From an uncultured Bacilli bacterium (GTDB lineage Bacteria > Bacillota_I > Bacilli_A > RF39 > UBA660), in NCBI GenBank assembly GCA_944358825.1, contig CALVSA010000003.1:1-61144 (forward strand): 61,144 nucleotides of DNA. The letters run 5' to 3'. Made by a program: the position numbers and the translations under genes. The stretch's first letter is position 1. Every line of letters begins with the position of its first letter. The notes under the pieces are model-generated. The model was not told where the DNA came from. It made no database searches and saw nothing but the letters and a program-made list of their open reading frames with translations. This document shows, in pieces, positions 18,871-29,352 of the stretch.

Positions 18871-19952
18871 TGAACAATATGTTTGGTTTAGAAATGGATC
18901 AATTAGCAAAAATTAAAGTAATTGGTGTTGGGGGTGGAGGAAATAACGCGGTTAATCGGATGATCGAGTCTGGATTAAAAGGTGTTGAATTCATTGTTGC
19001 TAATACCGACTTACAAGTGTTAAATAATTCTTTAGCGCCAATTAAACTACAAATAGGTAGTGAACTTACTGATGGTTTAGGAGCGGGTGCTAATCCTGAA
19101 ATTGGTAGAGAAGCAGCATTAGAGAGTAAAAGCGATATTGAAGAAGCTTTAAGAGGCGCTGATATGGTCTTTGTTACTTGTGGTATGGGTGGCGGAACTG
19201 GAACTGGAGCGGCTCCTGTAATTGCTGAAATAGCTCAAGATTTAGGTGCTTTAACAGTTGGAATTGTTACTAAACCATTTAGTTTTGAAGGTAAAAAAAG
19301 AATGGAACAAGCTATATCTGGTTTGGATGAATTAAAAAAACATGTAGATACATTAATTGTTATTCCAAATGATAGATTAAGAGAATTAATAGATAAATCA
19401 ACACCTATGTTAGAAGCATTTAGAGAAGTAGATAGTGTCTTACATCGTGGTGTTCAATCAATTTCAGATTTAATTGCCGTTGCTGGTTTAGTTAACCTAG
19501 ATTTTGCTGATGTTAAGGCAGTTATGAAAGATCGTGGTAATGCTTTAATTGGTATTGGTGTAGGTTCTGGAGAAGATCGTGCAACTGAAGCAGCTAAACA
19601 AGCTGTATCTTCACCACTTCTTGAAACTTCAATAAATGGTGCTACTGATGCTATTATTAATGTTACTGGTGGTGCATCTTTAACTTTATTTGAAGTAGAA
19701 GAGGCTGCAGAGGTTATTAGAACAGCTGCTAATACTGATATTAATACTATATTTGGAGCAGTTATTAATGAAAATTTAAATGATGAGGTTATTGTAACAG
19801 TTATTGCTACTGGTTTTGAAAAACCAAGTGAACCTTTATATCATAGTTTTAATAATGCTAATCGTGAAGAAAGATATAAGAGTTTAAATAGTCAAAATAT
19901 TGATAATGATTTAGATATTCCACCATTTTTAAGGGATCGTGATAATTTTTAG
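18870..19952 (+). CDS. ftsZ: Cell division GTPase FtsZ
   Basis: [17 protein letters not shown], the tubulin signature [13 protein letters not shown], and NLDFADVK. Confidence 0.97.
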   Translation: MNNMFGLEMDQLAKIKVIGVGGGGNNAVNRMIESGLKGVEFIVANTDLQVLNNSLAPIKLQIGSELTDGLGAGANPEIGREAALESKSDIEEALRGADMVFVTCGMGGGTGTGAAPVIAEIAQDLGALTVGIVTKPFSFEGKKRMEQAISGLDELKKHVDTLIVIPNDRLRELIDKSTPMLEAFREVDSVLHRGVQSISDLIAVAGLVNLDFADVKAVMKDRGNALIGIGVGSGEDRATEAAKQAVSSPLLETSINGATDAIINVTGGASLTLFEVEEAAEVIRTAANTDINTIFGAVINENLNDEVIVTVIATGFEKPSEPLYHSFNNANREERYKSLNSQNIDNDLDIPPFLRDRDNF

Positions 19953-19972
19953 AAAATAACCTAGTTATTTTC
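19952..19972 (+). terminator. Intrinsic terminator after ftsZ
   Basis: GAAAATAAC-cta-GTTATTTTC 9-bp stem, followed by TTTTT. Confidence 0.65.
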
Positions 19973-20053
19973 TTTTTGTATATATTTAACTGGTATTTTA
20001 ACTGTTATTAATTTTGATAATTTATATATAATTATTGTGTTTAAGGAGTATAT

Positions 20054-20497
20054 ATGATTAATGGTCAAAAATTTATTTGTTTAGATGATAAGGCTTTTGA
20101 ACTTTATAATAGGGGATATAGTCTAGTTAATAAATTAGATGAATTTAATGAAGTTTATTTTAAAGAAATTAAAGCTAAGTGTAGTAATTTAAATGCTCTT
20201 CCTTTGATAGTTATTGAAATGATTAGGAAGCATAATTATGATAATTTAGTTGATATTTATGATAATTTGGAATTAGAAATAATTTATAATAATAAAAAAA
20301 GATATGAATTAGTTACTTTAGTTTCTATTCCTTTTAATGATTCTAAATATAAGGAAATTCCTTTAAATACAAAACTTGGACTTGCTATTTATAATAAGAA
20401 AATAGGTAGTAGTTTTTCTTATTATATTAATGATATGAAAGTTAGTGGTAAGATTAATAGAAAAATGGATAATAAAGTTAAAAGGTTAGTTAAATAA
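20054..20497 (+). CDS. Hypothetical protein with a possible GreA/GreB C-terminal-like domain
   Basis: The C-terminus IPLNTKLGLAIYNKKIGSSFSYYINDMKVSGKINRK loosely resembles the GreA C-terminal SPLGxALLGkkvGD pattern. Weak call. Confidence 0.35.
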   Translation: MINGQKFICLDDKAFELYNRGYSLVNKLDEFNEVYFKEIKAKCSNLNALPLIVIEMIRKHNYDNLVDIYDNLELEIIYNNKKRYELVTLVSIPFNDSKYKEIPLNTKLGLAIYNKKIGSSFSYYINDMKVSGKINRKMDNKVKRLVK

Positions 20498-20567
20498 AAT
20501 ACTTGTTGTTTATAATTTTTTATATTAAAACTATAAATTGTAACATAAAATGTTTTAAGGTGATGTT

Positions 20568-21821
20568 ATGTTTTCTAAAGCAATACATAAGCGTATTAAA
20601 ATAGTTTTATTAGTTATAATTTTTTTGTTTGTTTTAATTGTTTGTAAAGTTTTTTATATCCAAGTGATTGATTATGATAAATTAAATGACTTGGCTAATT
20701 CTTTATGGAGTAGGAATTTACCAATTGAAGCAGATCGTGGACGTATTTATACTAGTGATAGTAAAGTAGTTGCAGATAATTTAACAACTGTTAGTTTAGT
20801 GTTGATTCCTAATCAAATAAAAGATAAAGAAAAAGTAGCACAAGATATAGCTAGTATATTAGAAGTTGATGTAGAAGCGATTAATGAGCATATTTATAAG
20901 AAGTCTTCTATAGAAAGAGTTCATCCAGAAGGAAGAAGATTATCTTATGAAGTAGCAGATAAGATTAATGCTCTAAATTATGATGGGGTATATTTAGTTA
21001 AGGAAGCTAAAAGGTATTATCCTAATGATTTTTTACTTTCTCATGTTTTAGGATATGTTGGAATTGATAATCAAGGACTTAGTGGTTTGGAGTTACAATA
21101 TGATACATATTTAACTGGGGCAGCAGGGGCAATTAAATATTATTCGGATGCAAAGGGGCAACGATTACGTCTTGCTGAATCTTATGTTGAACCACAAAAT
21201 GGAATGGATATTTATTTAACTGTCAATTATGATATTCAAACTTCTATAGAAAGAGAACTTAGTAATGTTATGGAGAAATATAATGCCGATGGGGCATGGG
21301 CAATTGCAATGGAACCTTCGACGGGAAAGATTTTGGGTATGGCTTCTTATCCGTCTTTTAATCCTAATAATTATCAAGATTATAGTATTGAAGAGATTAA
21401 TCGTAATTTAGCTATTTGGGCTACTTATGAGCCTGGTAGTACTTTTAAGATTGTAACTTTGGCAAGTGCTCTAGAAGAAGATGTAATTAGTTTAGATGAT
21501 ACTTTTTATGATGGTGGTTCAGTTAGGGTTGAAAATGCTCGTATTAAATGTTGGAAGCATGGAGGTCATGGACAACAAACTTTTTTAGAAGTGGTCCAAA
21601 ATAGTTGTAATCCTGGTTTTGTTGAAATAGGACAGAGACTAGGAAAAGAAAATTTGTTTAAATATATTGAAAATTTTGGTTTTGGTGATAAGACTGGTAT
21701 TGATTTAAATGGAGAGGGGAAGGGAATATTATTTTCTCTTGATAAAGTAGGTCCAGTTGAACTTGCTACTTCTAGTTTTGGTCAGGGTGTATCAGTTACT
21801 GCAATTCAACAAGTTGTCTAA
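20568..21821 (+). CDS. spoVD: N-terminal fragment (415 host-encoded codons) of a split class B penicillin-binding protein, SpoVD/PBP2B-like
   Basis: TM anchor, the PBP dimerisation region (RGRIYTSD..., LGYVGIDNQGLSGLE), SxxK as STFK and SxN as SCN. The ORF ends ...GQGVSVTAIQQ followed by VV* read from the inserted DNA. The KTG motif is absent. Confidence 0.9.
   Translation: MFSKAIHKRIKIVLLVIIFLFVLIVCKVFYIQVIDYDKLNDLANSLWSRNLPIEADRGRIYTSDSKVVADNLTTVSLVLIPNQIKDKEKVAQDIASILEVDVEAINEHIYKKSSIERVHPEGRRLSYEVADKINALNYDGVYLVKEAKRYYPNDFLLSHVLGYVGIDNQGLSGLELQYDTYLTGAAGAIKYYSDAKGQRLRLAESYVEPQNGMDIYLTVNYDIQTSIERELSNVMEKYNADGAWAIAMEPSTGKILGMASYPSFNPNNYQDYSIEEINRNLAIWATYEPGSTFKIVTLASALEEDVISLDDTFYDGGSVRVENARIKCWKHGGHGQQTFLEVVQNSCNPGFVEIGQRLGKENLFKYIENFGFGDKTGIDLNGEGKGILFSLDKVGPVELATSSFGQGVSVTAIQQVV
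21796..21820 (+). other. attL of element 1
   Basis: Host half-site TTACTGCA (21796-21803), shared core CAACAA (21807-21812) and element-end inverted repeat GTTGTCTA (21813-21820). Confidence 0.7.
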
Positions 21822-22001
21822 TAAATGATACCCTTACTATAACAAGAGGATTAAATAGTAAATATACCAAAAAATATGATGTTGAGTATGAGTATAGGTG
21901 CTTGATAAATATATAAGTCTAAAATTGCTAAATGATTATAATTTAGTAATTTTTTTGTGGATGTTTAATTTTAAACATTTTAAATGATATAATAAATATT
22001 A

Positions 22002-22922
22002 TTGGAGTTGATTATTATTAATACATTATTATTTGAAGAACACACAGATATGTTGTTAGAAATACTTGAAAAAAGTAACATAGATAATAAAGAAAAAGAA
22101 TATCGAAAAAATGAATTATTAAAAGTTTATAGTAAGATGGTAGAAACTAGAAAAATTGATAATAAATATTATAATATTTCACATGAAATAAGAACTTTGG
22201 ATTTTCTTTCTAATTTTAATAATTTATATATTACACAAGATCATCTTAGTAAACCAGGATGTGATTTTAAAATATCTGACAAGTATGAGATAGAATGCGT
22301 TTGCAGTTCATCTGGAAATGAAAAATTAAATGGTCTAAATAAATTTCATGGAAGTGGTATGTTTGATTATAATAAAAAGGAACAAATTATATTAACTAGA
22401 TTAACTCAATCGATAAAAGAAAAAAAACAATTTTATATTGAACATATTAATAATGGAACTATATCAGTTAATATGCCTTATATTATATTTTTAGGACTTG
22501 GTAATTTATCATATGAAACATTTGCTGGAACTTTTGGTTTTTTATTAAATAAAATATTGTTTGGCGTTGGTCAAGAAGTTTTACTTATAAATAAGAAAAC
22601 TAATAAAGTTGAAAAAGTCGAGTATTCACATAATTTAAACATTAAAAAGCATAATGGAGTCGAAATAGATTGTAATATATTTTGTAATAGCGATTATGAT
22701 TGTGTAAGTGGAATACTTTTTTCTACAGCTAGCTTAGGTGAAAAATATAATAAAAATAATACATTTTTATTTATTAATCCCCATGCAAAAAATAAAATCA
22801 AAGCATATGATTTTCCAAATATTATATATTGGAAAGCAAAAAAAGAAAATAACAATTACATTTACTTACCAAGATATAGAGGAAAAAATTTAAATAATTA
22901 TTTAAAAAAACATTATTGGTAA
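22002..22922 (+). CDS. Hypothetical protein (306 aa)
   Basis: TTG start preceded by the SD ttggag. No confident domain. The segment GCDFKISDKYEIECV is only vaguely nuclease-like. Confidence 0.4.
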   Translation: MELIIINTLLFEEHTDMLLEILEKSNIDNKEKEYRKNELLKVYSKMVETRKIDNKYYNISHEIRTLDFLSNFNNLYITQDHLSKPGCDFKISDKYEIECVCSSSGNEKLNGLNKFHGSGMFDYNKKEQIILTRLTQSIKEKKQFYIEHINNGTISVNMPYIIFLGLGNLSYETFAGTFGFLLNKILFGVGQEVLLINKKTNKVEKVEYSHNLNIKKHNGVEIDCNIFCNSDYDCVSGILFSTASLGEKYNKNNTFLFINPHAKNKIKAYDFPNIIYWKAKKENNNYIYLPRYRGKNLNNYLKKHYW

Positions 22923-23022
22923 AAGATATTTAATTTTACACTTAATTGATAATTAATCTTAATAATATATTTTCAAACACGATTAAATATGATATAATTT
23001 AATCGTGAAAGGAAACAATAAT

Positions 23023-23610
23023 ATGGAATACAGAAATAAGATTTTAAATTTATTTAAAAATGATTACTTAACGACTAAAGATGTTAATAAAAATAATATT
23101 CCAAGATTTTATTTAACTAAACTTATTAAAGAAAATAAAATAGAAAGAGTAAGTCGTGGAGTATATATTAAGAAAAATGAACTAGTTGATGAGTTTGTGA
23201 TTTTGCAAAGCAAAAGTAAAAATGCTATTTACTCAAATACAACTGCTTTATATTTGCACGGCTTTTCTAATAGAATTCCTATTAAATATGATATTACTAT
23301 TAATAGTGGTTATAATGGTTCTCTTCAAAAGGAAAATAATGTTAATTTATTTTATACAAAAAGAGAATTATTAGAGTTAGGAGTAATTAACTATAAATTA
23401 GATTCTGGTAATATTATTAGAGTTTACGATTTAGATAAAACTATTTGCGACATTATTAAAAATAAAAAGAAAATAGATGCTGAAATTTTTAATAAGGCTA
23501 TTAGAGGATATTTTTATAGTAAAAAGAAAAATGCGTTAAAACTATATGAATATGCTAAAAAAATGAATATTTATAATAAAGTAATGGATACTTTCGAGCT
23601 GCTTGAATAA
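23023..23610 (+). CDS. AbiEi-like (type IV TA antitoxin family) DNA-binding protein, with no AbiEii partner
   Basis: MEYRNKILNLFKNDYLTTKDVNKNNIPRFYLTKLIKENKIERVSRGVYI... is the typical AbiEi_4 N-terminal wHTH. ATG 23023 follows the SD gaaagga. Confidence 0.65.
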   Translation: MEYRNKILNLFKNDYLTTKDVNKNNIPRFYLTKLIKENKIERVSRGVYIKKNELVDEFVILQSKSKNAIYSNTTALYLHGFSNRIPIKYDITINSGYNGSLQKENNVNLFYTKRELLELGVINYKLDSGNIIRVYDLDKTICDIIKNKKKIDAEIFNKAIRGYFYSKKKNALKLYEYAKKMNIYNKVMDTFELLE

Positions 23611-23651
23611 ATAAGAATACAAAAAACATAATTTAATAAATGAGGTTATAT

Positions 23652-24440
23652 ATGAAAAATGGATTTGAAATTTTATTAACTTATTGGTATGGCATACCTT
23701 CAATGCCAGAAAAACGTATTACAAAAATAAAGAATGCAGGATTTAAATATTTATCACTACATTGGTGTGATGAGTATGAATCTTCAAATGGCAAAAAAGA
23801 AGAAATTTTTAATAAGTGCAAATTAAATGGCTTACAAATATTGGTATTTCATTTGCCTTTTGAAAAAGCAAATGATTTATGGAAAAATGATGCTTCTGGC
23901 AGACAATTGTTTAGCATTTATAAGCAAAGCATATTAGATGCACATAATAATGATGTTGAGTATGTGGTTATGCATTTAAACTCTGATTCTAAAAAACTCG
24001 AAAATATCGAAATTGGTTTAAAAAGAATAGCTGCATTATTAAAATATGCCGAAGAACTTAATGTAAATATTGCTTTTGAAAATTTACAAACAGAAGATCA
24101 ATTAGATAAAATTGAAGACATGTTAAATAATTATTCAAGTGCATGTTTATGCTTTGATGTAGGTCATAACAATATTAAATATAGTGATTTTATTAATTTA
24201 CATAAAGAAAAAATCAAAATAATGCATATTCATGATAATTTAGGAAAAACTGATACTCATCAAACACCTTTTACTGGTACCGTGAATTGGAAAAAAGTAT
24301 ATAATTTAATTAAAGAAATAAATAATCATTGCTTATTTGTGTTTGAAGTGCAGAAGCAAGCGAATGAAGAAGAAACCCCTTTTTTAAAAAATGTATATCT
24401 TGCTTATGAAAAAATGAAAAAAGATTTAGAAAAAAATTAA
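23652..24440 (+). CDS. Xylose isomerase-like TIM-barrel protein (sugar phosphate isomerase/epimerase, inosose dehydratase-type fold)
   Basis: Pattern of VMHL, IAFENL, CFDVGH and MHIHDN metal-ligand-like motifs. Confidence 0.65.
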   Translation: MKNGFEILLTYWYGIPSMPEKRITKIKNAGFKYLSLHWCDEYESSNGKKEEIFNKCKLNGLQILVFHLPFEKANDLWKNDASGRQLFSIYKQSILDAHNNDVEYVVMHLNSDSKKLENIEIGLKRIAALLKYAEELNVNIAFENLQTEDQLDKIEDMLNNYSSACLCFDVGHNNIKYSDFINLHKEKIKIMHIHDNLGKTDTHQTPFTGTVNWKKVYNLIKEINNHCLFVFEVQKQANEEETPFLKNVYLAYEKMKKDLEKN

Positions 24441-24455
24441 AGGAGAGATATTTAT

Positions 24456-25685
24456 ATGGGTAAAAATATTACATTAGTTTTAAAAGAAGATTTGGGACAT
24501 ACAAATTTTGAAATTGTCGAAAGAAAAGGCCAAGGTCATCCAGATACTTTGAGTGATACTTTAGCTGAAAAATTATCAAATGCTTATTCTAAATATACTT
24601 TGAAACATTTCGGAGCCGTTTTACATCACAATTTTGATAAAGTAGGAATGATGGGAGGTAAGTGTGAGGTTGAATTTGGCCATGGGAAAATGATAGAACC
24701 TATAAGAGTTTTATTAAATGGTCGTGCATCTAGTAAATTTGGTAATACTATAATAAATGTAAAAGAGCTTCTTATTAATGAGACCAAAAAGTTTTTTAAC
24801 GATAACTTTCCAATGCTTAATTTTGAAAAAGATGTTAGAATCATATATGAAGTTAGTGAAGGAAGTAGTCCTGGTGGTGTAAAAGGACATGAAAGTAAAA
24901 GACATAGATGGTTTGAGCCAGAAACTTTAGATGACCTTAATGAATTAAAACATCTTAATTGTAATGATACTTCAATGGGATGTGCGTTTTATGGATATAG
25001 TATATTAGAAAACATGGTGTATAAATTGGAAAGAAAATTAAATTCAAAAGAATTTAAGAAAAATCATATATGGCTAGGTTCTGATATAAAAATTATGGGT
25101 TTTAGAGAGGATAATAAAGTGAGTATTACAATGTGCATACCTCAATTATGTACTTATGTAAGGAATGTTACAGAATATTTAAATAATAAAGCTCAAATAG
25201 CGGAATATATTAAAACCTTTATTCATAGTTTATATCCAAATGTACAATTGGAATTGTATATTAATACAAGAGACAAAATTGATGAAAACAACACTGATTT
25301 ATATTTAACATTTACTGGTTCATCAATTGAAATGGGTGATGAAGGATTTGTTGGACGTGGTAATAGGATGGGAGGATTAATAACTCCAAGAAGATTTTAT
25401 ACAATGGAAGGCATTTGCGGGAAAAACCCTATTTATCATACTGGGAAAATGTATTGTGTTGCCTCATATATAATTGCAAAAAAAATATATGAGAAATGTG
25501 GAGTTAATTGTTCAGTAGAAATGATTGGTCAAAGTGGGCAGCCTTTATCTGACCCATTTAAAATTACTATTTATACCGATAAAAAAATTGATTATGATGT
25601 TTGTGATAAAATTGCAAGTAATGTATTAAATGACTTTGGTAAAATATCAATGGAGATTTTAGATGAAAAATATCCAATGTGTTAA
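24456..25685 (+). CDS. Archaeal-type S-adenosylmethionine synthetase (methionine adenosyltransferase, PF01941-like)
   Basis: EIVERKGQGHPDTLSD, LHHNFDKV, NDTSMG, SDIKIMG, LTFTGSSIEMGDEGFVGRGNRMGGLITP and GKNPIYHTGKMY align convincingly with the Methanocaldococcus MAT sequence as I recall it. Confidence 0.85.
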   Translation: MGKNITLVLKEDLGHTNFEIVERKGQGHPDTLSDTLAEKLSNAYSKYTLKHFGAVLHHNFDKVGMMGGKCEVEFGHGKMIEPIRVLLNGRASSKFGNTIINVKELLINETKKFFNDNFPMLNFEKDVRIIYEVSEGSSPGGVKGHESKRHRWFEPETLDDLNELKHLNCNDTSMGCAFYGYSILENMVYKLERKLNSKEFKKNHIWLGSDIKIMGFREDNKVSITMCIPQLCTYVRNVTEYLNNKAQIAEYIKTFIHSLYPNVQLELYINTRDKIDENNTDLYLTFTGSSIEMGDEGFVGRGNRMGGLITPRRFYTMEGICGKNPIYHTGKMYCVASYIIAKKIYEKCGVNCSVEMIGQSGQPLSDPFKITIYTDKKIDYDVCDKIASNVLNDFGKISMEILDEKYPMC

Positions 25686-26610
25686 TATTCCAGATAAATA
25701 TGCTCCATATAGTATTGAAATTGAATTAACAAACTATTGTAATGCTCACTGTGTTTTTTGTCCTAATAATTGTTCAAAAAGGGAAAGAGGATTTATTGAT
25801 AAACAAAAATTATATGATTTTTTAGAAAAACAAAAAGCAATTAAAGTTAATAATTGGTTTAATAAAAAATTTAACACTTTAGATTTTCCAAAGATAGTAT
25901 ATGCAGGGTTAGGTGAACCACTTTTGCACCCAGATTTTTTAGAAATAGTTAAATACACTAAAGAACTAGGGTTTCAAGTAGAAATAGTAACTAATGGTTT
26001 ATTACTAAATAAAAAAATTGTAGATAAATTGATAGAATTAAAAGTTGATTCTCTAGCAATTAGTCTACATAGCATGAATAAAGAAATTTATAATAAAATT
26101 ACAGGACTGTCTTTAAATAATGTTTTACCAAACGTTACTTATGCTTTAGAACAATATAAAAAAACCAATGCAAAAATTCAACTATGGCGAATAAAGCCCC
26201 TTTCAAACATGAAACAAGAAACAAAAAAAGATGAGGAAATATATAAAGAATATGTAAAATCATATCCTAATGTTATTGTATTAGGACCATCAGAGCCTTG
26301 GGAACGAGACATGAATAATCCTACTTCTTGTAATTTAGTAAATGATGATCCAAGTAATGGAATATGGTGTAGAAAATTGTATTATACCTTAAATATTGCA
26401 TATACTGGAGAAATTGTAATGTGTTGTAATGATTTTAATAGAATTTCTGTTAATATGGGAAACATCTTTGAATCTGAAAATCTTTCGGAAACTATAAGAG
26501 AAAAGATTCTAAATAAACAATTTATTCCAGAAATATGCAAAAAATGTCGAAGATGGAAAGATAATGAATTAGAAGAAATATTTGAAAAATATGGTGATAA
26601 AAATGAATAA
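25663..26610 (+). CDS. Radical SAM enzyme with a Cys-rich C-terminal (SPASM/twitch-like) extension
   Basis: CxxxCxxC as LTNYCNAHCVFC. A GLGEPLL glycine-rich motif. C-terminal cysteines (WCRK, MCCND, CKKC). Overlaps the SAM synthetase gene by 23 nt. Confidence 0.85.
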   Translation: MKNIQCVNIPDKYAPYSIEIELTNYCNAHCVFCPNNCSKRERGFIDKQKLYDFLEKQKAIKVNNWFNKKFNTLDFPKIVYAGLGEPLLHPDFLEIVKYTKELGFQVEIVTNGLLLNKKIVDKLIELKVDSLAISLHSMNKEIYNKITGLSLNNVLPNVTYALEQYKKTNAKIQLWRIKPLSNMKQETKKDEEIYKEYVKSYPNVIVLGPSEPWERDMNNPTSCNLVNDDPSNGIWCRKLYYTLNIAYTGEIVMCCNDFNRISVNMGNIFESENLSETIREKILNKQFIPEICKKCRRWKDNELEEIFEKYGDKNE

Positions 26611-27331
26611 AAAGAGAATATTATTATTTTGTGCCCATCCAGATGATGCTGAATTATGTGCTGGTGGAACAATAAAAAAATTTGTAAGCAAAGGTTATAA
26701 AGTTAAAGTTGTAATTATGACTAATGGTGGTGTAGGAAATAACGATATGAACGTTTCTAAAACAGTAGATATTAGAAACGTAGAGATGCAAAATGCGGCA
26801 AGTTTTTTAAATTATGAAGTTAAAAATTTAAATATAAACGATGGTGAAGTGTTACCTACATTAGAATATAGAAAACTTGTTATTGATGAAATAAGAAAGT
26901 TTAAACCAGATATTATTATGACTCATAGAAGCAATGATTATCACCCAGATCATCGATACACAAGTATATTAGTTCAAGATTCATTAGTACTAATTTGTAC
27001 TGGAAATTATTGTCCAACATATAGTCCTTTAAATTATACCCCAATAACTTTATTTTTCTGGGATAGGTTTACGAAGCCAAATTCATTTAATGCTGATATT
27101 GTATATGATATAACAAATGAATTTGAAGATAAAGTAGAAGCTTTATCAAAACACAAATCACAATATAAAAGTATAGATGAATGTAGAAATGTTTTAATTG
27201 ATATTAATAATGAGTTGAAACAAAATATTGAATCAAGCTACAAATATATTGAAGCATTTGAAATTTGTGAGTATGCAAAAAAAGATGAATTAATAGCATT
27301 TTTAGAGTCAAAAAGCAAAATTTTTGGTTAG
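26603..27331 (+). CDS. PIG-L/LmbE-family N-deacetylase
   Basis: ILLFCAHPDDAELCAGG and DYHPDHRYTS motifs. Confidence 0.85.
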   Translation: MNKKRILLFCAHPDDAELCAGGTIKKFVSKGYKVKVVIMTNGGVGNNDMNVSKTVDIRNVEMQNAASFLNYEVKNLNINDGEVLPTLEYRKLVIDEIRKFKPDIIMTHRSNDYHPDHRYTSILVQDSLVLICTGNYCPTYSPLNYTPITLFFWDRFTKPNSFNADIVYDITNEFEDKVEALSKHKSQYKSIDECRNVLIDINNELKQNIESSYKYIEAFEICEYAKKDELIAFLESKSKIFG

Positions 27332-27342
27332 GAGTAGATAAA

Positions 27343-28551
27343 ATGAAAGTTTTGTTAATATCAAATTATAATATTGTCGAAGGTAGAGGCCCAATGTTTA
27401 GATTAATGAATATGATTCCATATTTAAATACAAAATGCAATATAGAATTGTGTTCATTAGGCAAGATTGATGACGTAGTAATAAAAATGGCATTAGAAAA
27501 CAAGATTAAATATTATGAAATCAGTTATAAAACAAAAGGGTGGTTTGTTAAAAATACTAAAGAAATAGCTAATAATATAATTGATATAGCAAACCAAGAT
27601 AATATAGATTTAATTGTTTTGACTTGGGAAATTTGGGATGTCGCAGTAGCTTTACAGAATAATATAAGTAAATGTAATGCAAAATTAGTAATAACTATGC
27701 ATTCTATCCCTTTTGTTGCTGCATCAATTAAGACAGGTAATTATGTAATAGATTATATAAAGAAAATTTTATTTGAACCACGATTTATGATTAAAAAATA
27801 TTTAGTTTGTCGCATTCCACAAGTAAATCATTATATGCATAAATTTAATATATTAACAATGACTAAAACGGTAGAATATAAATTAAATAAATACTTTAAA
27901 AATATTAATTTGTATTTAGCATATCCAGGGTATGCTACTAGTCTACCATTAATACCACAAAACATAAATTATCAATATGATTTTGTTTATATGGCGAAAT
28001 TTGAATATGGTAAAGGTATATATGAAATCATTAAAATAATGAAAGAAATAAAAAAAGTAAAACCCAATTTCAAATTAGCTTTAGTTGGTGATTTTACATT
28101 TAAAGATGAAGAAATCAAATTTTTTAATCGAATAAAAAAATTTGATTTAGAAAATAATATAAATTATTTAGGTTGGCTGGATGGTACAAAAAAATATGAA
28201 ACCATTATAAATAGCAAAATATTTTTATATCCTTCATTTGCAGGAGATACGTTTTCAATTTGTTTGTTAGAAGCACTTTCGTGTGGTAAACAAATTGTTT
28301 GTTACAATGTTCCTTTTGTAAGAGATAATTTTAATATTAAAACTGTACATAAAATTCCAGTATTTAAAAATAAGTTATTTGCCCAAAAAGCAATTGAACT
28401 TTTAAAAGAAAAAAATTACAATGTTAATGAATCAATTAATTTTGTAAAAAATAACTTTTCTTCATGGAATAAAGTGGCTAATGCAGAATATAATGCATAT
28501 AAAAATATTATGGATAATAAAAATGGACAAACAAATATTAAAAGATTATAA
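27343..28551 (+). CDS. GT-B fold glycosyltransferase (GT4/GT1-like)
   Basis: C-terminal FLYPSFAGDTFSICLLEALSCGKQIVCYNVPF (EX7E-type region). Confidence 0.75.
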   Translation: MKVLLISNYNIVEGRGPMFRLMNMIPYLNTKCNIELCSLGKIDDVVIKMALENKIKYYEISYKTKGWFVKNTKEIANNIIDIANQDNIDLIVLTWEIWDVAVALQNNISKCNAKLVITMHSIPFVAASIKTGNYVIDYIKKILFEPRFMIKKYLVCRIPQVNHYMHKFNILTMTKTVEYKLNKYFKNINLYLAYPGYATSLPLIPQNINYQYDFVYMAKFEYGKGIYEIIKIMKEIKKVKPNFKLALVGDFTFKDEEIKFFNRIKKFDLENNINYLGWLDGTKKYETIINSKIFLYPSFAGDTFSICLLEALSCGKQIVCYNVPFVRDNFNIKTVHKIPVFKNKLFAQKAIELLKEKNYNVNESINFVKNNFSSWNKVANAEYNAYKNIMDNKNGQTNIKRL

Positions 28552-29350
28552 TTTGAAAAACATTACATTAAAGTGTAAATCCAACTATGGCATTATATAT
28601 GAAGCTATTTCTGAAGATTATAATAAACTTATAGTAAAAATAAATTTTGACAAAAAAAATTATCATGATTCGTGCAAGTATTATACTTATTTTAAAAATA
28701 TGAAATTATGTAAAATGTATGAAAATGATGACAAAAATAATATTCAATTATTAGAATATATTAATGGCGATAATCTTTTTTGTATTTCTGATTTTAATAA
28801 AAGAATTAAAATAGGATATGATTACTTTTATAATTGGTCAACAAAAATAATAACCATAAATAATGATAATGACATATCTTTTGAAAACCAGGTTAATGTA
28901 ATGATTGATAACTTAAAAAATATGTCGCTATCTAGTAAAGTTATTAAATTAGTAACAGAATTTGAGAAAAAAGCAAAACACTTTTTTCAAACATATAATA
29001 ATTCATACTTGCTACATGGTGATTTACATCATTATAATATGCTATATGATGGCAAAACAGTTACAGCAATTGATTTATCACCACGGCAAGCTAGTTTTGC
29101 AATCGAAATAGCAAAGTTTATTGAAAATGAATTATTTAATAATATAGGTAATATATTTCAAATTTTAAATGCATTTTTATTAATATATAAATTTGAAATC
29201 ATAAGCTGTGATGAATTATTAGAGGGATTATTTATTGATTCATGTTACAGAACATTTGATACTTTCATTGAAAATAAAGATGTCAGTGAACTTGAAAAAG
29301 GAATATATATGAATTATGAAATCTTAAAATTTATGGAAAGTAGGGCATAA
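28523..29350 (+). CDS. APH/choline-kinase-family phosphotransferase
   Basis: Brenner-type motif LLHGDLHHYNMLYDG...AIDLSP. The start is uncertain (28481 or 28523). Confidence 0.65.
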   Translation: MDKQILKDYNLKNITLKCKSNYGIIYEAISEDYNKLIVKINFDKKNYHDSCKYYTYFKNMKLCKMYENDDKNNIQLLEYINGDNLFCISDFNKRIKIGYDYFYNWSTKIITINNDNDISFENQVNVMIDNLKNMSLSSKVIKLVTEFEKKAKHFFQTYNNSYLLHGDLHHYNMLYDGKTVTAIDLSPRQASFAIEIAKFIENELFNNIGNIFQILNAFLLIYKFEIISCDELLEGLFIDSCYRTFDTFIENKDVSELEKGIYMNYEILKFMESRA

Positions 29351-29352
29351 AA

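Noticed and set aside
23023-24440. A complete AbiE toxin-antitoxin (abortive infection) pair
   Set aside because: The gene after the AbiEi-like ORF is a xylose-isomerase-like TIM-barrel enzyme, not a DUF1814/AbiEii nucleotidyltransferase.
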